Assembly (NCBI GenBank): GCA_963775685.1
Contig: CAVZJV010000001.1
Span: 1 to 64,000 of the forward strand
DNA length: 64,000 nt
Reading direction: 5' to 3'
Origin: Candidatus Bathyarchaeota archaeon
GTDB lineage: Archaea; Thermoproteota; Bathyarchaeia; Bathyarchaeales; Bathycorpusculaceae
The notes beneath the pieces were generated by a model. The model worked only from the letters and a program-made list of their open reading frames with translations, was not told the origin of the DNA and ran no database searches. Position 1 is the stretch's first letter. Each line of letters opens with the position of its first letter. Position numbers and translations under genes: made by a program. Shown here piece by piece: positions 30,642 to 41,497 of the stretch.

Positions 30642-32976
30642 AGATCAAAAATGTCAAAGTGATATGAGTTACTGCAAATTTGGGTCTGAAACGCTCCTGA
30701 AACTTCTCACAGTTTTTGAAAACCAAATCAGCGGAGTCATAAAAAACGACGACATCGAATATGTACATAAAACTCGTGTCACCTCTCGCAGGCTAAGAGC
30801 AAATATGCCTCTTTTCAAAGCTTGCTTTCGTAGAAAAGAATACAAGAAATGGATTTGCGAAATTAAAAAGGTCACACGTCTTCTGGGTCAGGCAAGAGAC
30901 CTTGATGTTCAGATAGTCTTTGTCGAGAAGTACATGGATCAAATTTCTTTGGCCGAAAAAGCCTCTGTAGGCTCACTTCTTAAAGACCATAAAAACCGCA
31001 GAAAAAGCATTCAACCCTCCGTTGTCAAAGGATTAGAGGAGCTAAAAACAGCTGACGTTTTAGAGAATCTCCGTATTTTTTGCGAAAAAACTACTAATGA
31101 TAAATCAACTACAGCTTTTAACCTAGAAAACGTACTAGAAAAAGCTCGTTGGCACATTTCTTTTAGACTAGACGCTTTCTTGGCGATGGAAAACTATGTT
31201 CACTTGGAAAACGAAATTCTAAAACACCATGAAACAAGAATACACGCAAAAAAACTCCGCTACACAATGGAATCCTTTGCCGCATTGTACAAAAATAAAC
31301 TCGTTCAAGAAATAGAAACACTCAAAGTTTTTCAAGAAGTTCTTGGAGAGATGCATGACTGCGATGTCTGGATAGAATACATTCCCAAGTTTATTCACGA
31401 AAATTCCAATATTAATTCTGAACGAAGTAAAGAACCAGAAAAACAATCAGAGCAGGCACTTTTGAACTTTCTTAAGTTTGTTCAAGAAAAAAGAAAAGAA
31501 AACTACAAAGAATTTTCCCATTTCTGGGATGAAAACAAAACGAAAGGATTTTTTCTTCAACTCAGAGAAACAATAAACGACGAATCTAAGGCCAAGGATG
31601 AGAAAAAAATACAGCAAATTCTCGAAAATCCTGATGTTAAAATCGCTGTTTTATCGGATATTCATGCTAATCTGCAAGCTTTGGAAAAAGTCATCCAAGA
31701 TGCTGAAGGACGTGGAGTGGGTATTTTTCTAAATGCAGGAGACACCATAGGTTTTGGTTGCTGCCCAAACGAAGTTGTAGAATTCCTATGTGAAAAAAAG
31801 GTGTTTAGCATTTTAGGAAACTATGATCTTGAGGTCATTGAAGGCAACGCCAAAGCTAAAGGGGAAAAAAACTTTGCCTTAAAATTTGCTAGAAAAGAGT
31901 TAGCAAAATCATGCGAACACTACCTTCATTCTTTGCCGCATGAACTTAGACTGGAAGTTTCAACCAAAAAGCTTCTCGTAACACATGGAAGCCCTGCTTC
32001 TATTGACGAGCATATCTACCATAACACACCAGTTGAACGGCTGAAAACGTTTGCTGATGAAGTAAAAGCTAACGTGGTAATTGTTGGGCATTCCCACGAA
32101 CAGTTTTGGAGAGAGGTAAAAGGAGCCAGCTTCATCAACCCTGGAAGCGTGGGAAGACCTGGGGATGGGAATCCTCAGGCGGCTTACGCGATCTTGAGCT
32201 TCAAACCTTTCAAAGTCGACTTAATTCGGTTGGATTACGACGTTGAAGCTGCAGTTCATGCTATTAGGAAGAAGAGTTTGCCTGAAAGTTTTGCTCAGAT
32301 GCTTCTTCGCGGTGTATCGCTTGACACAATTATAAAAGAAGACCAAATTAAAGAAGACCTGATGGTTCAAGACTGCAAAGGCATGGCGAAAGCTTCAAGT
32401 GACATCTCAAAAGAGTATTGGCCGGACATTGACCATTACCTTCAGGTTAAGAAACTCGCGTTAATGGTCTTCGACGGGTCTATCAGGATACACAAGTTTG
32501 GTATGAGGGAAAGATGCTGGCTCGAATGCGCCACAATCCTGCACGATGTTGGCTTGTCAAAATCCAGACGCGGGCACCAAAAAGAATCAGCCACACTTAT
32601 CCTAAATGATGCCCGGTTGCCCTTTGCTTCCAAGGAAAGACGTATAATAGCAAGCATCGCCCGGTACCACCGCAAAGCCTTACCCAAACAAAATGACAAC
32701 ATCCTCGTCGCATTCAATCGGGAAACGATGCGTAAAATAATAACTCTGGCAGGCATTCTGCGTGTAGCTGACAGCTTGGATTATTCACATCAGTCAATCG
32801 TAGAAGTTTTAAATTTTAAAGTTGGAACTAAAAGAATTGTTATAGAATACATTTCCGAATCGAAGTCCCCGCCGGAAGAGCAGGCTTTTAATAAGAAGAA
32901 GGATTTGTTTGAAAAGGTCTTCGCTAAAAGAATGGTGCTAATATGGAAGCAACCGTCAAAAACGCTGGACATGTAG
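30625..32976 (+). CDS. CHAD + YfcE-type metallophosphoesterase + HD-domain fusion protein
   Basis: CHAD (H..RV..RRLR, RDLDV, H..RI..KKLRY, LG..HD.DV); MPE (SDIH, GD, GNYD, HGSP, GHSH, NPGSVG); HD (LHDVG, ARYHRK, LRVADSLD). Confidence 0.88.
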   Translation: MNESNRDQKCQSDMSYCKFGSETLLKLLTVFENQISGVIKNDDIEYVHKTRVTSRRLRANMPLFKACFRRKEYKKWICEIKKVTRLLGQARDLDVQIVFVEKYMDQISLAEKASVGSLLKDHKNRRKSIQPSVVKGLEELKTADVLENLRIFCEKTTNDKSTTAFNLENVLEKARWHISFRLDAFLAMENYVHLENEILKHHETRIHAKKLRYTMESFAALYKNKLVQEIETLKVFQEVLGEMHDCDVWIEYIPKFIHENSNINSERSKEPEKQSEQALLNFLKFVQEKRKENYKEFSHFWDENKTKGFFLQLRETINDESKAKDEKKIQQILENPDVKIAVLSDIHANLQALEKVIQDAEGRGVGIFLNAGDTIGFGCCPNEVVEFLCEKKVFSILGNYDLEVIEGNAKAKGEKNFALKFARKELAKSCEHYLHSLPHELRLEVSTKKLLVTHGSPASIDEHIYHNTPVERLKTFADEVKANVVIVGHSHEQFWREVKGASFINPGSVGRPGDGNPQAAYAILSFKPFKVDLIRLDYDVEAAVHAIRKKSLPESFAQMLLRGVSLDTIIKEDQIKEDLMVQDCKGMAKASSDISKEYWPDIDHYLQVKKLALMVFDGSIRIHKFGMRERCWLECATILHDVGLSKSRRGHQKESATLILNDARLPFASKERRIIASIARYHRKALPKQNDNILVAFNRETMRKIITLAGILRVADSLDYSHQSIVEVLNFKVGTKRIVIEYISESKSPPEEQAFNKKKDLFEKVFAKRMVLIWKQPSKTLDM

Positions 32977-34523
32977 TTGGGTTCGTGGACATTGGAACAA
33001 ACGCAGTGCGTCTTTTAGTAGTAAGAATAAACCCCAATTTTTCGTACACAATTATCAGTCAAGAAAAAGAAGTGGTCAGACTCGGCGAAGATGAATTCAA
33101 AGATAACATACTTAAACCTCAAGCTATAGAACGCGCCATTTTTGTCTGCGGAAAATTTGCTAACCTCGCCAAAACCTACGGTGCCTCAAAAATAATAGCA
33201 GTCGGAACCTCAGCAATTCGAGAAGCCAAAAACCAATGCGACTTCCTCCAAAGCCTCCACGAGAAAACGGGCCTCAATGTTTCCGTTATTTCAGGAGATG
33301 AAGAAGCACGCTTCATTTGGTTGGGTGTTTCCAGCGGTATAGATATTGGCGACCAAAAAGCCATTTTCATTGATTTAGGCGGCGGCAGCACTGAAATTGC
33401 CATCGGAAACCAACATGAATATTTCTATTTGAACAGTCTTAGGTTAGGGGCTATCCGGCTAACTTCAAAGTTTATTGGTGAAGGCTGGACAGGAGCTATA
33501 AAAACTGAAACCTACAAGAAGATTAAACATTACGCCTGCAGCAAGATAAAGGTAGTTAAACCGAGAGTTTTAGAGTATGGCGCTAGGTTGGCATGGGGCT
33601 CGTCAGGAACAATGATAAACTTAGCAGAGGTCTCAAATAAGCTGTTCAAGAAAAACAGCGCCAGCAACGAGTTAGTGTTATCTAGGAAAAACCTCAAAAA
33701 GTTGGCGACGGTTCTTTGTTGGCTGCCTCTAGCGGAAAGGAAAAAAGTACCTGCCATCAACCCAGAGCGCGCTGACATTATAATAGCAGGAGCAGCTATA
33801 ATTGATGCAATCATGGAGCAATTTGGCATAGAGGAAATCCGTATTAGTCATCGAGAACTCCGAGACGGATTGCTTGCTGATTACTTATCGAATTTTGAGG
33901 GCTTTCGGGAACTCCAAAAAGAACCGATGAGAAACAGGGGAATTCTGCATTTAGGCAGGTCGTGTAATTTTGATGAGAAGCATTCAGAAACAGTTGCTTT
34001 CTTGGCATTACAACTTTTCGATAGCGCAAAACAAATTGGGCTACATAATCTGGGCGAGCCAGAGAGGGAGCTCTTAAAGCACGCTGCGACTTTGCATGAC
34101 GTTGGCGATTTCCTCTCATTTAATAACCATCAGCTTCATTCTCACTACATAATCAGTAACGCCGAACTTCTGGGTTTTGACAAGAGGGAAATCCAAGTAA
34201 TGGCTAACATTGCGCGTTTTCACAGGAAAAAGTTGCCTACTAAGAAAGCTTTGAAAAACACAGGTTTGGACGATAAGACTAACAATTCCATTGCAGTACT
34301 TTCGACGTTTTTGCGATTTGCCGAAAAGCTTGATCGAACCCACTCTTGTCTTGTTGAAAAGGCAGAATTCGTTAAAGTAAATAAAGAACAGATATTACTC
34401 TCTTTTTATTCCGCTTCAGATTGCAGCTTGGAACAGTGGAGCGTCATCCAGAATCGGCAAGCATTCTTTGAAGCTTTCGGAAAACAACTTGATGCTCAAT
34501 GCACAGTAACAGTTAGCAAGTAA
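32943..34523 (+). CDS. ppx: Exopolyphosphatase Ppx/GppA with C-terminal HD domain
   Basis: DIGTNAVR, TSAIREA.N, EEAR, DLGGGSTE, LHDVG, ARFHRK. Confidence 0.93.
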   Translation: MEATVKNAGHVVGFVDIGTNAVRLLVVRINPNFSYTIISQEKEVVRLGEDEFKDNILKPQAIERAIFVCGKFANLAKTYGASKIIAVGTSAIREAKNQCDFLQSLHEKTGLNVSVISGDEEARFIWLGVSSGIDIGDQKAIFIDLGGGSTEIAIGNQHEYFYLNSLRLGAIRLTSKFIGEGWTGAIKTETYKKIKHYACSKIKVVKPRVLEYGARLAWGSSGTMINLAEVSNKLFKKNSASNELVLSRKNLKKLATVLCWLPLAERKKVPAINPERADIIIAGAAIIDAIMEQFGIEEIRISHRELRDGLLADYLSNFEGFRELQKEPMRNRGILHLGRSCNFDEKHSETVAFLALQLFDSAKQIGLHNLGEPERELLKHAATLHDVGDFLSFNNHQLHSHYIISNAELLGFDKREIQVMANIARFHRKKLPTKKALKNTGLDDKTNNSIAVLSTFLRFAEKLDRTHSCLVEKAEFVKVNKEQILLSFYSASDCSLEQWSVIQNRQAFFEAFGKQLDAQCTVTVSK

Positions 34524-34536
34524 TCAAATCAGACGG

Positions 34537-35439
34537 TTATTCTTTTTTCAGTTCCGTCTTCGCTTCTTCAAAGGCAACGCATTGCTCTTTGCTCAAAACA
34601 GGATATTTCAGATCCAACTTTTTGATTTGTGACAGAATAATCTCAGAAATCGATGCATGAGTAACCCATTTCTTATCAGCAGGTATAACATACCAAGGTG
34701 CCCATTCAGTGCTTGTTTTGTTAAGCATCTCCTCGTATGCTTCCATGTAATCCTTCCATTTTGATCGTTCAGAAATGTCAGTGAGCGAAAATTTCCATTC
34801 CTTATCAGGGTCTTCGAGGCGTTCAAGCAGACGTTGTTTTTGTTTTTTCATTGAAACGTTAAGGAAAAATTTTAACACTACTGTACCACTACGAACCAGA
34901 TGGCGTTCAAACATGTTTATGTCTTCGTAGCGTCGATTCCAGAAAAGTTTTTCGTCATCTCCTGGAGGCGATTTCTGTTTTTTCAAGACTTCTGGTCGAA
35001 CCTTAACTATTAACACGTCCTCGTAATATGAGCGGTTAAAAATTCCTATACTTCCTCTTTCTGGAAGGGCTTTTTCGTGGCGCCATAAGAAATCGTGATT
35101 TAGTTCCTCTTCCGTTGGAGTTTTGAAACTCGACACTTGGCAGCCTTGCGGGTTAATTCCTGACATTACATGCCTAATTGTGCTATCTTTACCTGCTGCA
35201 TCCATACCTTGAAGTATAATCAGCATTGAATATCTACCGCTCGCCCAAAAAAGCTCCTGCATCTCAACCAGTTTTTTTCTGTTTGTTTCAAGAATAGCTA
35301 ATGCTTGTTCTTTGATTCCTCTTTTCCCCTCTTTTTCTTCCTGTTTTTTAGCCCATTTAGGAATCCACCCAGGATCGTAAGCCGTCACGCTTACGCCTTT
35401 TCCTACAGGTACCTTGAACTCGTTTACATCTATTGACAA
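34537..35439 (-). CDS. ppk2: Polyphosphate kinase 2 (class III-like)
   Basis: QGMDAAGKDS, FK.P...E..HDFLWR, FNRSYYEDVL, APWYVIPAD.KW. Confidence 0.92.
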   Translation of the reverse strand: MSIDVNEFKVPVGKGVSVTAYDPGWIPKWAKKQEEKEGKRGIKEQALAILETNRKKLVEMQELFWASGRYSMLIILQGMDAAGKDSTIRHVMSGINPQGCQVSSFKTPTEEELNHDFLWRHEKALPERGSIGIFNRSYYEDVLIVKVRPEVLKKQKSPPGDDEKLFWNRRYEDINMFERHLVRSGTVVLKFFLNVSMKKQKQRLLERLEDPDKEWKFSLTDISERSKWKDYMEAYEEMLNKTSTEWAPWYVIPADKKWVTHASISEIILSQIKKLDLKYPVLSKEQCVAFEEAKTELKKE

Positions 35440-35716
35440 CCCTAAAACCTTCCCAAGAGATTAAGTTAAGGCGCCTAATATTAGCTATGGCTCTGCATTC
35501 GGCATGAATATTTCATGACCTTTTCCGAAAGAGGATCAAAAATCCTGATGCCTTTAAAGAAAAAATCTCCACGCCCTTTTATAGCTAAATCTAAGAGTCA
35601 AGGATTAAAGCTTGGAAGTGGAGAACAACCTTGTGGAGCGTTAAGTGAATATATTAGTTTTAAAACAAACTGGGCGGAGGATAACTTTTGTCTTCAAAGT
35701 AGCTTGACTTGTACGT

Positions 35717-36361
35717 TTAGTCCAAGTTTATTTTTTCGCCTGTTACTATGTACACAATGGATTCACATACGTAAGTCGCGTGGTCAGCAATTCGCTCTAA
35801 ATATCTTGTCATTAAAGCGCTTGATATTATACATTTACTGTTGGTGTGCTCAGTATTTATTAGTTTATGGAGATAATCAAAGTACATTCTGTCTACTTCG
35901 CGTTCGGTTTGAGAGATAGTTTTGGCAAGGACAACATCCTGTTTTTTGAGGGAATCTACGCTTATTTTGACCATTGAAAGAACTTTTTCGCTCATTTCGC
36001 TGATATAGTCTTTTGTCCAGGGTTCGCATTGTTTTAAGCCGTTTAATTGGTCGCTGATATAGGAAATGTCTAGAGCATATCTGCCGTATCTTGCAAAATC
36101 ATTGGCTATCTTCATGTGTGATTTTATTGTTCTAAGGTCCGTAGCGACTGGCTGAAACCGAGCAATTAACTGGAAGGTTTCATCTTCTATTTTATCAGCC
36201 ATAGAAAGTAAAATATCTGAAAGTTCCCGTACGTGGTTATGAACATTTTTGTCTTGAAGATAACCATGTATGGCTATGGCAAGGGTTTCGAATGTTAACT
36301 CGCCCATTCTAACAATCATAACTGATTGTTCTTCTAGTCCATAATCTATTATTCTACTCAT
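35717..36361 (-). CDS. phoU: Phosphate transport regulator PhoU
   Basis: IARFQPVATDLR, E.EVD, RYLERIADHA. Confidence 0.9.
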   Translation of the reverse strand: MSRIIDYGLEEQSVMIVRMGELTFETLAIAIHGYLQDKNVHNHVRELSDILLSMADKIEDETFQLIARFQPVATDLRTIKSHMKIANDFARYGRYALDISYISDQLNGLKQCEPWTKDYISEMSEKVLSMVKISVDSLKKQDVVLAKTISQTEREVDRMYFDYLHKLINTEHTNSKCIISSALMTRYLERIADHATYVCESIVYIVTGEKINLD

Positions 36362-36370
36362 AACTATCTC

Positions 36371-37132
36371 CTATCCAAATTCTCCTGTTATGTATTTTTC
36401 TGTTAACGGGTTCTTTGGAGACTCAAAAATGTCCTTTGTTGGACCAAACTCTATTAACTCACCCAGGTAGAGGAAAGCCGTATAGTCAGATACTCTTGAG
36501 GCTTGCTGCATATTATGAGTTACAATACCGACTGTATAATCACGTTTAAGCTCAACAACCAATCGCTCAATCTTGGCGGAGGCAATCGGGTCTAATGCTG
36601 AAGTGGGCTCATCCATTAAGATAATCTCAGGCTGCAATGCAATAGCCCGCGCAATACATAGCCTCTGTTGCTGTCCTCCGGAGATGCTTGTACCCGGCTT
36701 CTTTAAATCATCTTTCACTTCATCCCAAAGCGTTGACCTCTCTAGACTACGCCTAACCACCTCATCAAGGTTCTTTCCCTTTCTGGCACCAGTCAACTTC
36801 AAGCCTGCTGCAACATTATCGTAAATAGACATTGTTGGGAAAGGGTTTGGTTTCTGGAAAACCATTCCGACCCGCCGTCTAATCATTACGGGGTCTACAC
36901 TTGGGTCATAAATATTTTGACCATCAAGAAGGACCTGCCCAGATATTTTGGACCCTGACACCAATTCATGCATTCTGTTTAAGGTACGGATAAATGTGGA
37001 TTTTCCACATCCTGATGGTCCAATTATGGCTGTAATTGCGTTTGTCTTAAGTGAAATATTGATATCCTTTAGGGCTTGCTTTGTACCAAACCAAGCGTTC
37101 AAGTTTACACTTTGCATTTTTACATTATTCAA
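36371..37132 (-). CDS. pstB: Phosphate ABC transporter ATP-binding protein
   Basis: [37 protein letters not shown]. Confidence 0.96.
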   Translation of the reverse strand: MNNVKMQSVNLNAWFGTKQALKDINISLKTNAITAIIGPSGCGKSTFIRTLNRMHELVSGSKISGQVLLDGQNIYDPSVDPVMIRRRVGMVFQKPNPFPTMSIYDNVAAGLKLTGARKGKNLDEVVRRSLERSTLWDEVKDDLKKPGTSISGGQQQRLCIARAIALQPEIILMDEPTSALDPIASAKIERLVVELKRDYTVGIVTHNMQQASRVSDYTAFLYLGELIEFGPTKDIFESPKNPLTEKYITGEFG

Positions 37133-37139
37133 TATTGTG

Positions 37140-37982
37140 TCACCTGGAAAATAGACCTCTACCTCGGCTTGCTAATCTAACACCTATGTTGAGAGCCAAA
37201 ACTATTAAAATTAACACCAACGACGCCCCCCAAGCTTGAGCTTGCAATTCCGGTGAGGGCAGCCGCGAGTCAAGAAAAATCCTAAGCGGTAAGGCATCCA
37301 TTGGCGCATTGAGACCTTGAAAAAAGAAGCTACTGCCTAATATTGTAAGCAATATGGGCGCAGTCTCTCCAGCAATTCTAGCAATGGCTAGAAGGGTACC
37401 AGTTATTAATCCACCTTTTGCGGAGGGTATTACAATACTAAAGATTGTTCTCCATCTGTGTACTCCTAAAGCCATTGAAGCCTCACGTACACTATTAGAA
37501 ACGAGCTTCATTGATTCTTCAGTGGTTCTTGCTACAATAGGAATCAACATGAAAGAAAGCGCTATGGCTCCAGCAAAGGGTGAAAAAGTGCCTATTAATC
37601 CAATTACGATTATAATATACGCAGTAATGCCTACTATTATGGATGGAAACTCTGTGATTATGTCATTCACAGTTCTCAACCAGGACGCATACTTGTTATT
37701 TCCAAACTCGGATAAGTACACTCCCGACAATACACCTATTGGGACCCCAATTAAGCTAGTTAACCCTATAAGAATTAAGGATCCCTGAATTGCAGGTCCG
37801 ATACCATTATGCAAACCGTTAGCAGTTAAAAAGTTCAGGCTTAGCGCAGGGGCTCCGCGAACTATAACTTCATAGAGGATACTAATCAAAGGCACTATTG
37901 CAATCAAAACGCAGGCTAGGCATAGAATGTAGAAAAACTTATTCTTGAATTTTCGGAAATGGTAGTTATCAAACTTGAACAC
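37140..37982 (-). CDS. pstA: Phosphate ABC transporter permease
   Basis: [21 protein letters not shown]. Confidence 0.93.
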   Translation of the reverse strand: MFKFDNYHFRKFKNKFFYILCLACVLIAIVPLISILYEVIVRGAPALSLNFLTANGLHNGIGPAIQGSLILIGLTSLIGVPIGVLSGVYLSEFGNNKYASWLRTVNDIITEFPSIIVGITAYIIIVIGLIGTFSPFAGAIALSFMLIPIVARTTEESMKLVSNSVREASMALGVHRWRTIFSIVIPSAKGGLITGTLLAIARIAGETAPILLTILGSSFFFQGLNAPMDALPLRIFLDSRLPSPELQAQAWGASLVLILIVLALNIGVRLASRGRGLFSR

Positions 37983-38011
37983 CTGGAATAGCCGGAAAAG
38001 CTTGTTGACCT

Positions 38012-38974
38012 TTATTCCACGGCGCCTCCCTTGATTTTCAGAACCCGGGTTACCATTATATGGGCTAATATGTTAATGATTAGACTAATTACAAGCAAAG
38101 TCAATCCTGCACCTATGTATGCAGCGCTTTCAAGCGGTGTTTGAGCGTCAAAGAAACCATTAGCAATCAATGAAGGCAATGTCTGACCTGGCTGAAAAAG
38201 CGTTGTTGGCATTGCATTTGGGCCAATGGCGTTACCAATAACCATTGTCACGGCCATAGTTTCGCCCACAGCCCTTCCTAAACCAAGAATTACTGCTCCG
38301 AAAATTCCCGAGCGCCCGTAGCAGATCACCCAATGGCGGATGACCTCCCATTTTGTTGCGCCGATGCTGTAGGCCGCTTCTCGGATCGAATTTGGAACTG
38401 CGCTGATGACTTCTCTAGTTACCGAAGCAACTGTTGGAATAATCATTATTGAAAGGATAATTCCCGCCGTAAAGAAATCTAACCCGAATGGTGCTCCGCT
38501 GAAAATGGGGATCCAGCCAAGACACGCATGTAAAGGTCTTTCAATATAATCTAGAACCCAAAACCGAAGAATAAACAAGCCCCAGAGCCCAAAAATAACG
38601 CTGGGTACGGCGGCGAGCAACTCAACTAGGTATGAAAATGGAACTTTTATGGCTTTGGGCGACATCTCTACAAGGAAAACGGCAATGCCTAAACTTAAAG
38701 GAACACCAATCAGCAAAGCGATGCCTGCTGTGATAAGTGTTCCAAAAACATAAGGGAGGACACCGAAAGTTTGTGTGACATGGTTCCAACTAGTTCCAAC
38801 CAGAAAGTTGAAACCAAACCTACCGACGACAACAGTTGATCCTGAGATAAGAATGTAAGCGTTAATTATAAGAATGACAGCGGCTGAGGCTGCGATAACT
38901 CCTACTAAGACTTTGAAGATGTTGTCGCCTGTCAGCTTACGCATCATGCAAATCTGCTCGCATTTTTTATACAT
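38012..38974 (-). CDS. pstC: Phosphate ABC transporter permease
   Basis: ELLAAVPSVIFGLWG, GLGRAVGETMAV. Confidence 0.93.
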   Translation of the reverse strand: MYKKCEQICMMRKLTGDNIFKVLVGVIAASAAVILIINAYILISGSTVVVGRFGFNFLVGTSWNHVTQTFGVLPYVFGTLITAGIALLIGVPLSLGIAVFLVEMSPKAIKVPFSYLVELLAAVPSVIFGLWGLFILRFWVLDYIERPLHACLGWIPIFSGAPFGLDFFTAGIILSIMIIPTVASVTREVISAVPNSIREAAYSIGATKWEVIRHWVICYGRSGIFGAVILGLGRAVGETMAVTMVIGNAIGPNAMPTTLFQPGQTLPSLIANGFFDAQTPLESAAYIGAGLTLLVISLIINILAHIMVTRVLKIKGGAVE

Positions 38975-39021
38975 TAAACAAAAAAAGGTTTGGAATAAGA
39001 TTAAACCAATCTCATGAAATT

Positions 39022-40143
39022 TTAATGTGTTGGCACCAACTGCCCATTGAAGGTTATTGAGTTCAGTGTGGTTTCGTCGAGTTGAACTAGGTTCGATGGA
39101 AGTCTTGCATATTCAAGTGCACCAGCTTGTTGCTGACCATCATGCACGACATACCAGATGTATTGAACTATTGCTGTTGCTTTGTCCATTGTCATTCCTG
39201 GAACGACTTTGAGTTCTTTGTATACTAGCAGGTAGGTTGGATTAACGATTGGATAAGCTTGATCGCCAGAGGTATTAAGTATGGCTACGTTTGCCCAGCT
39301 GTCACTTCCGGATGGAAGTCCACTTGTTGGGAGGGATGCGGCTGCTGCGGTTGTGGAGTCAAGAGAAGGTAGCACATAGTTTCCTGCTGGGTTTTGGAGG
39401 GCAACAACTGGGATGGAGTTTTGAAGAGCATAAGCTAATTCGATATATCCGATTGCGTAGTCTGTTTGGGTAACTGTGGCTGCAACATTGGCATTTCCGC
39501 TTGCACCGACGCCTACAGGCCATTCAACTGTGGTGCTAGCTCCCACGTTTGAGCTCCAGGCAGGACTAACCAGCGAAAGATATTTTGTGAACCAGTTGGT
39601 CGTTCCAGAGCCATCAGACCTGTGAGCAACTATTATGGCTTGGTTTGGCAAGGGCAAATCTGGGTTAATTGCTGTTATTGCGGGGTCATTCCATTTTGTA
39701 ATAGTTCCAAGATATATGTCAGCAAGTAAACTGCCTGTAAGTTTTAGGCCTGAATCAATTCCAGGTAAGTTATAGGCTACTGTGATTGCTCCGACGGTTT
39801 CTGGGATGTGAAGTGCATTTGATGCTACGGCTCTTTGGTCATTTGTTAATGGGGCGTCTGAGCCTGCGAAGTCAACAACTCCGTTTGTGAAATCAGTGAT
39901 GCCTTTTCCGCTGCCTCCTCCTTGATAGTTAATTTGTACATTTGGCTTTATTGAGGAATATGCGATAATTGTGGCGTTGAGAAATGGCTGGGGGAATGTT
40001 GCTCCTGAGGCGTTGAGGTTTACGGATGTTGAGGTTGAGGGGTTTGAGAGATAAATGTATGCCACTACAGAGCCAAGTATTATGGCAATTGCAATTATGG
40101 CTATTATAATTGTGTATTTAGTATTCATATTTTTTATCCTCAT
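39022..40143 (-). CDS. pstS: Phosphate ABC transporter substrate-binding protein
   Basis: ASGATFP, GSGKG, DFAGSD, RSDGSGTT; N-terminal anchor. Confidence 0.95.
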   Translation of the reverse strand: MRIKNMNTKYTIIIAIIAIAIILGSVVAYIYLSNPSTSTSVNLNASGATFPQPFLNATIIAYSSIKPNVQINYQGGGSGKGITDFTNGVVDFAGSDAPLTNDQRAVASNALHIPETVGAITVAYNLPGIDSGLKLTGSLLADIYLGTITKWNDPAITAINPDLPLPNQAIIVAHRSDGSGTTNWFTKYLSLVSPAWSSNVGASTTVEWPVGVGASGNANVAATVTQTDYAIGYIELAYALQNSIPVVALQNPAGNYVLPSLDSTTAAAASLPTSGLPSGSDSWANVAILNTSGDQAYPIVNPTYLLVYKELKVVPGMTMDKATAIVQYIWYVVHDGQQQAGALEYARLPSNLVQLDETTLNSITFNGQLVPTH

Positions 40144-40248
40144 TTTTAATTCATAAAAGGAAAGCCATTGGTTATATAGTAAATCTCCATAAAATTTATA
40201 GTCTATATAGACATACCTAATATAACTACAACTTATAGAGGAATTAAC

Positions 40249-41310
40249 TTGGAGTCAAGAGTGACCAAAGAAAAAGAAAAATTAAGTGAAGAACAACGAA
40301 AACTACAGGTAACAGGCGGTTCTACATTCATAATTTCCTTGCCTAAAGAATGGGCCACCAAAAATGAATTAAAAAGGGGAAGCTCTATGATGGTCCGCGA
40401 AGAAGAAGACGGCTCGCTATCCATAGCACCATCGAGTTTCCCTAAGAAAGAAAAACATGACGAAGCCTACATCAAAACTGCCTCAAACGATAACCCTGAT
40501 GCCATCATGAGAACTGCAATCTCCGCGTACTTAAGCGGCTACAACATCTTACACATAAAATCCCAAGGACAAAAAGTTCTTTCTTGGAAACTTCGAAATC
40601 ACCTTAAGGGGTTTGCCAGAAATTACTTAGTGGGAACAGAAATCGTCATCGATACCCCAATTGACCTTACCTTACAGGTATTACTAAATTATCCAGAATT
40701 AACAGTTCAAAACGCACTAAGCAGGATGTCGATAATTGCATCATCTATGCATAAAGAGGCAATAGCGTCGTTAAAGAGACTGGATTACTCTAGTGCTAAA
40801 GCCGTCATTGAAACTGACCGAGAAGTAAACCGCTTTGGTCTTTACATTGTACGACTTTTGAAGTTGGCCGTTTCAAACCAAAGAATTGTGAAAGAAATCG
40901 GATTAACCAGTCAAAAAGAATGCTTAGGATACAGGCTTTTAGCAAAAGCAGTTGAGAGAACCGCTGACCACGCAACTAAAATCGCCGAAAACACTCTGCT
41001 ACTTAAAGAGCCCGTAAACGAGGAACTTTTAGAAAAAATAAGTCAACTGAGTAGTTTGGCTATTTCAATGTTTGAGAATTCGATGGAAGCGTTGTTTAAG
41101 CATGATTTTAACTTGGCTGAAAATGTCATTGAAAGACTATGTCAAGTGCATAAGCTTGAGAAAGAAGTAGTTTTGTACGCGCACAATGCTAAGATTGAGG
41201 AAATAGTTAACTTGAGATTGCTAATTGAAAGTGTTAGGCGAACCGCTGAGTATGCAGCCGACATTTCCGAGGTTGTTCTAAATTTAAATGTTGAATCAGT
41301 TTTAAATTAA
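40249..41310 (+). CDS. Archaeal phosphate uptake regulator (AbrB/SpoVT DNA-binding domain + PhoU domains)
   Basis: RKLQVTGGST..ISLPK.W, ERTADHA, RRTAEY; divergent from pstS. Confidence 0.9.
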   Translation: MESRVTKEKEKLSEEQRKLQVTGGSTFIISLPKEWATKNELKRGSSMMVREEEDGSLSIAPSSFPKKEKHDEAYIKTASNDNPDAIMRTAISAYLSGYNILHIKSQGQKVLSWKLRNHLKGFARNYLVGTEIVIDTPIDLTLQVLLNYPELTVQNALSRMSIIASSMHKEAIASLKRLDYSSAKAVIETDREVNRFGLYIVRLLKLAVSNQRIVKEIGLTSQKECLGYRLLAKAVERTADHATKIAENTLLLKEPVNEELLEKISQLSSLAISMFENSMEALFKHDFNLAENVIERLCQVHKLEKEVVLYAHNAKIEEIVNLRLLIESVRRTAEYAADISEVVLNLNVESVLN

Positions 41311-41497
41311 TTTATTAGCTTGCTCTTGATGAGATAATCTTGAGGGTCTACTGATTCTTCCTTTTTGACTATGCCGAATAACACTTTCTGCTGAAACACT
41401 CATATTGAAAGCACATTTGATTGCTAAAATTTAAAAAAAAGAGCAGGTATTACTCGTTTTCAAACTGCTGTGTTTAGATGTCGATTGAGTGATTGTA

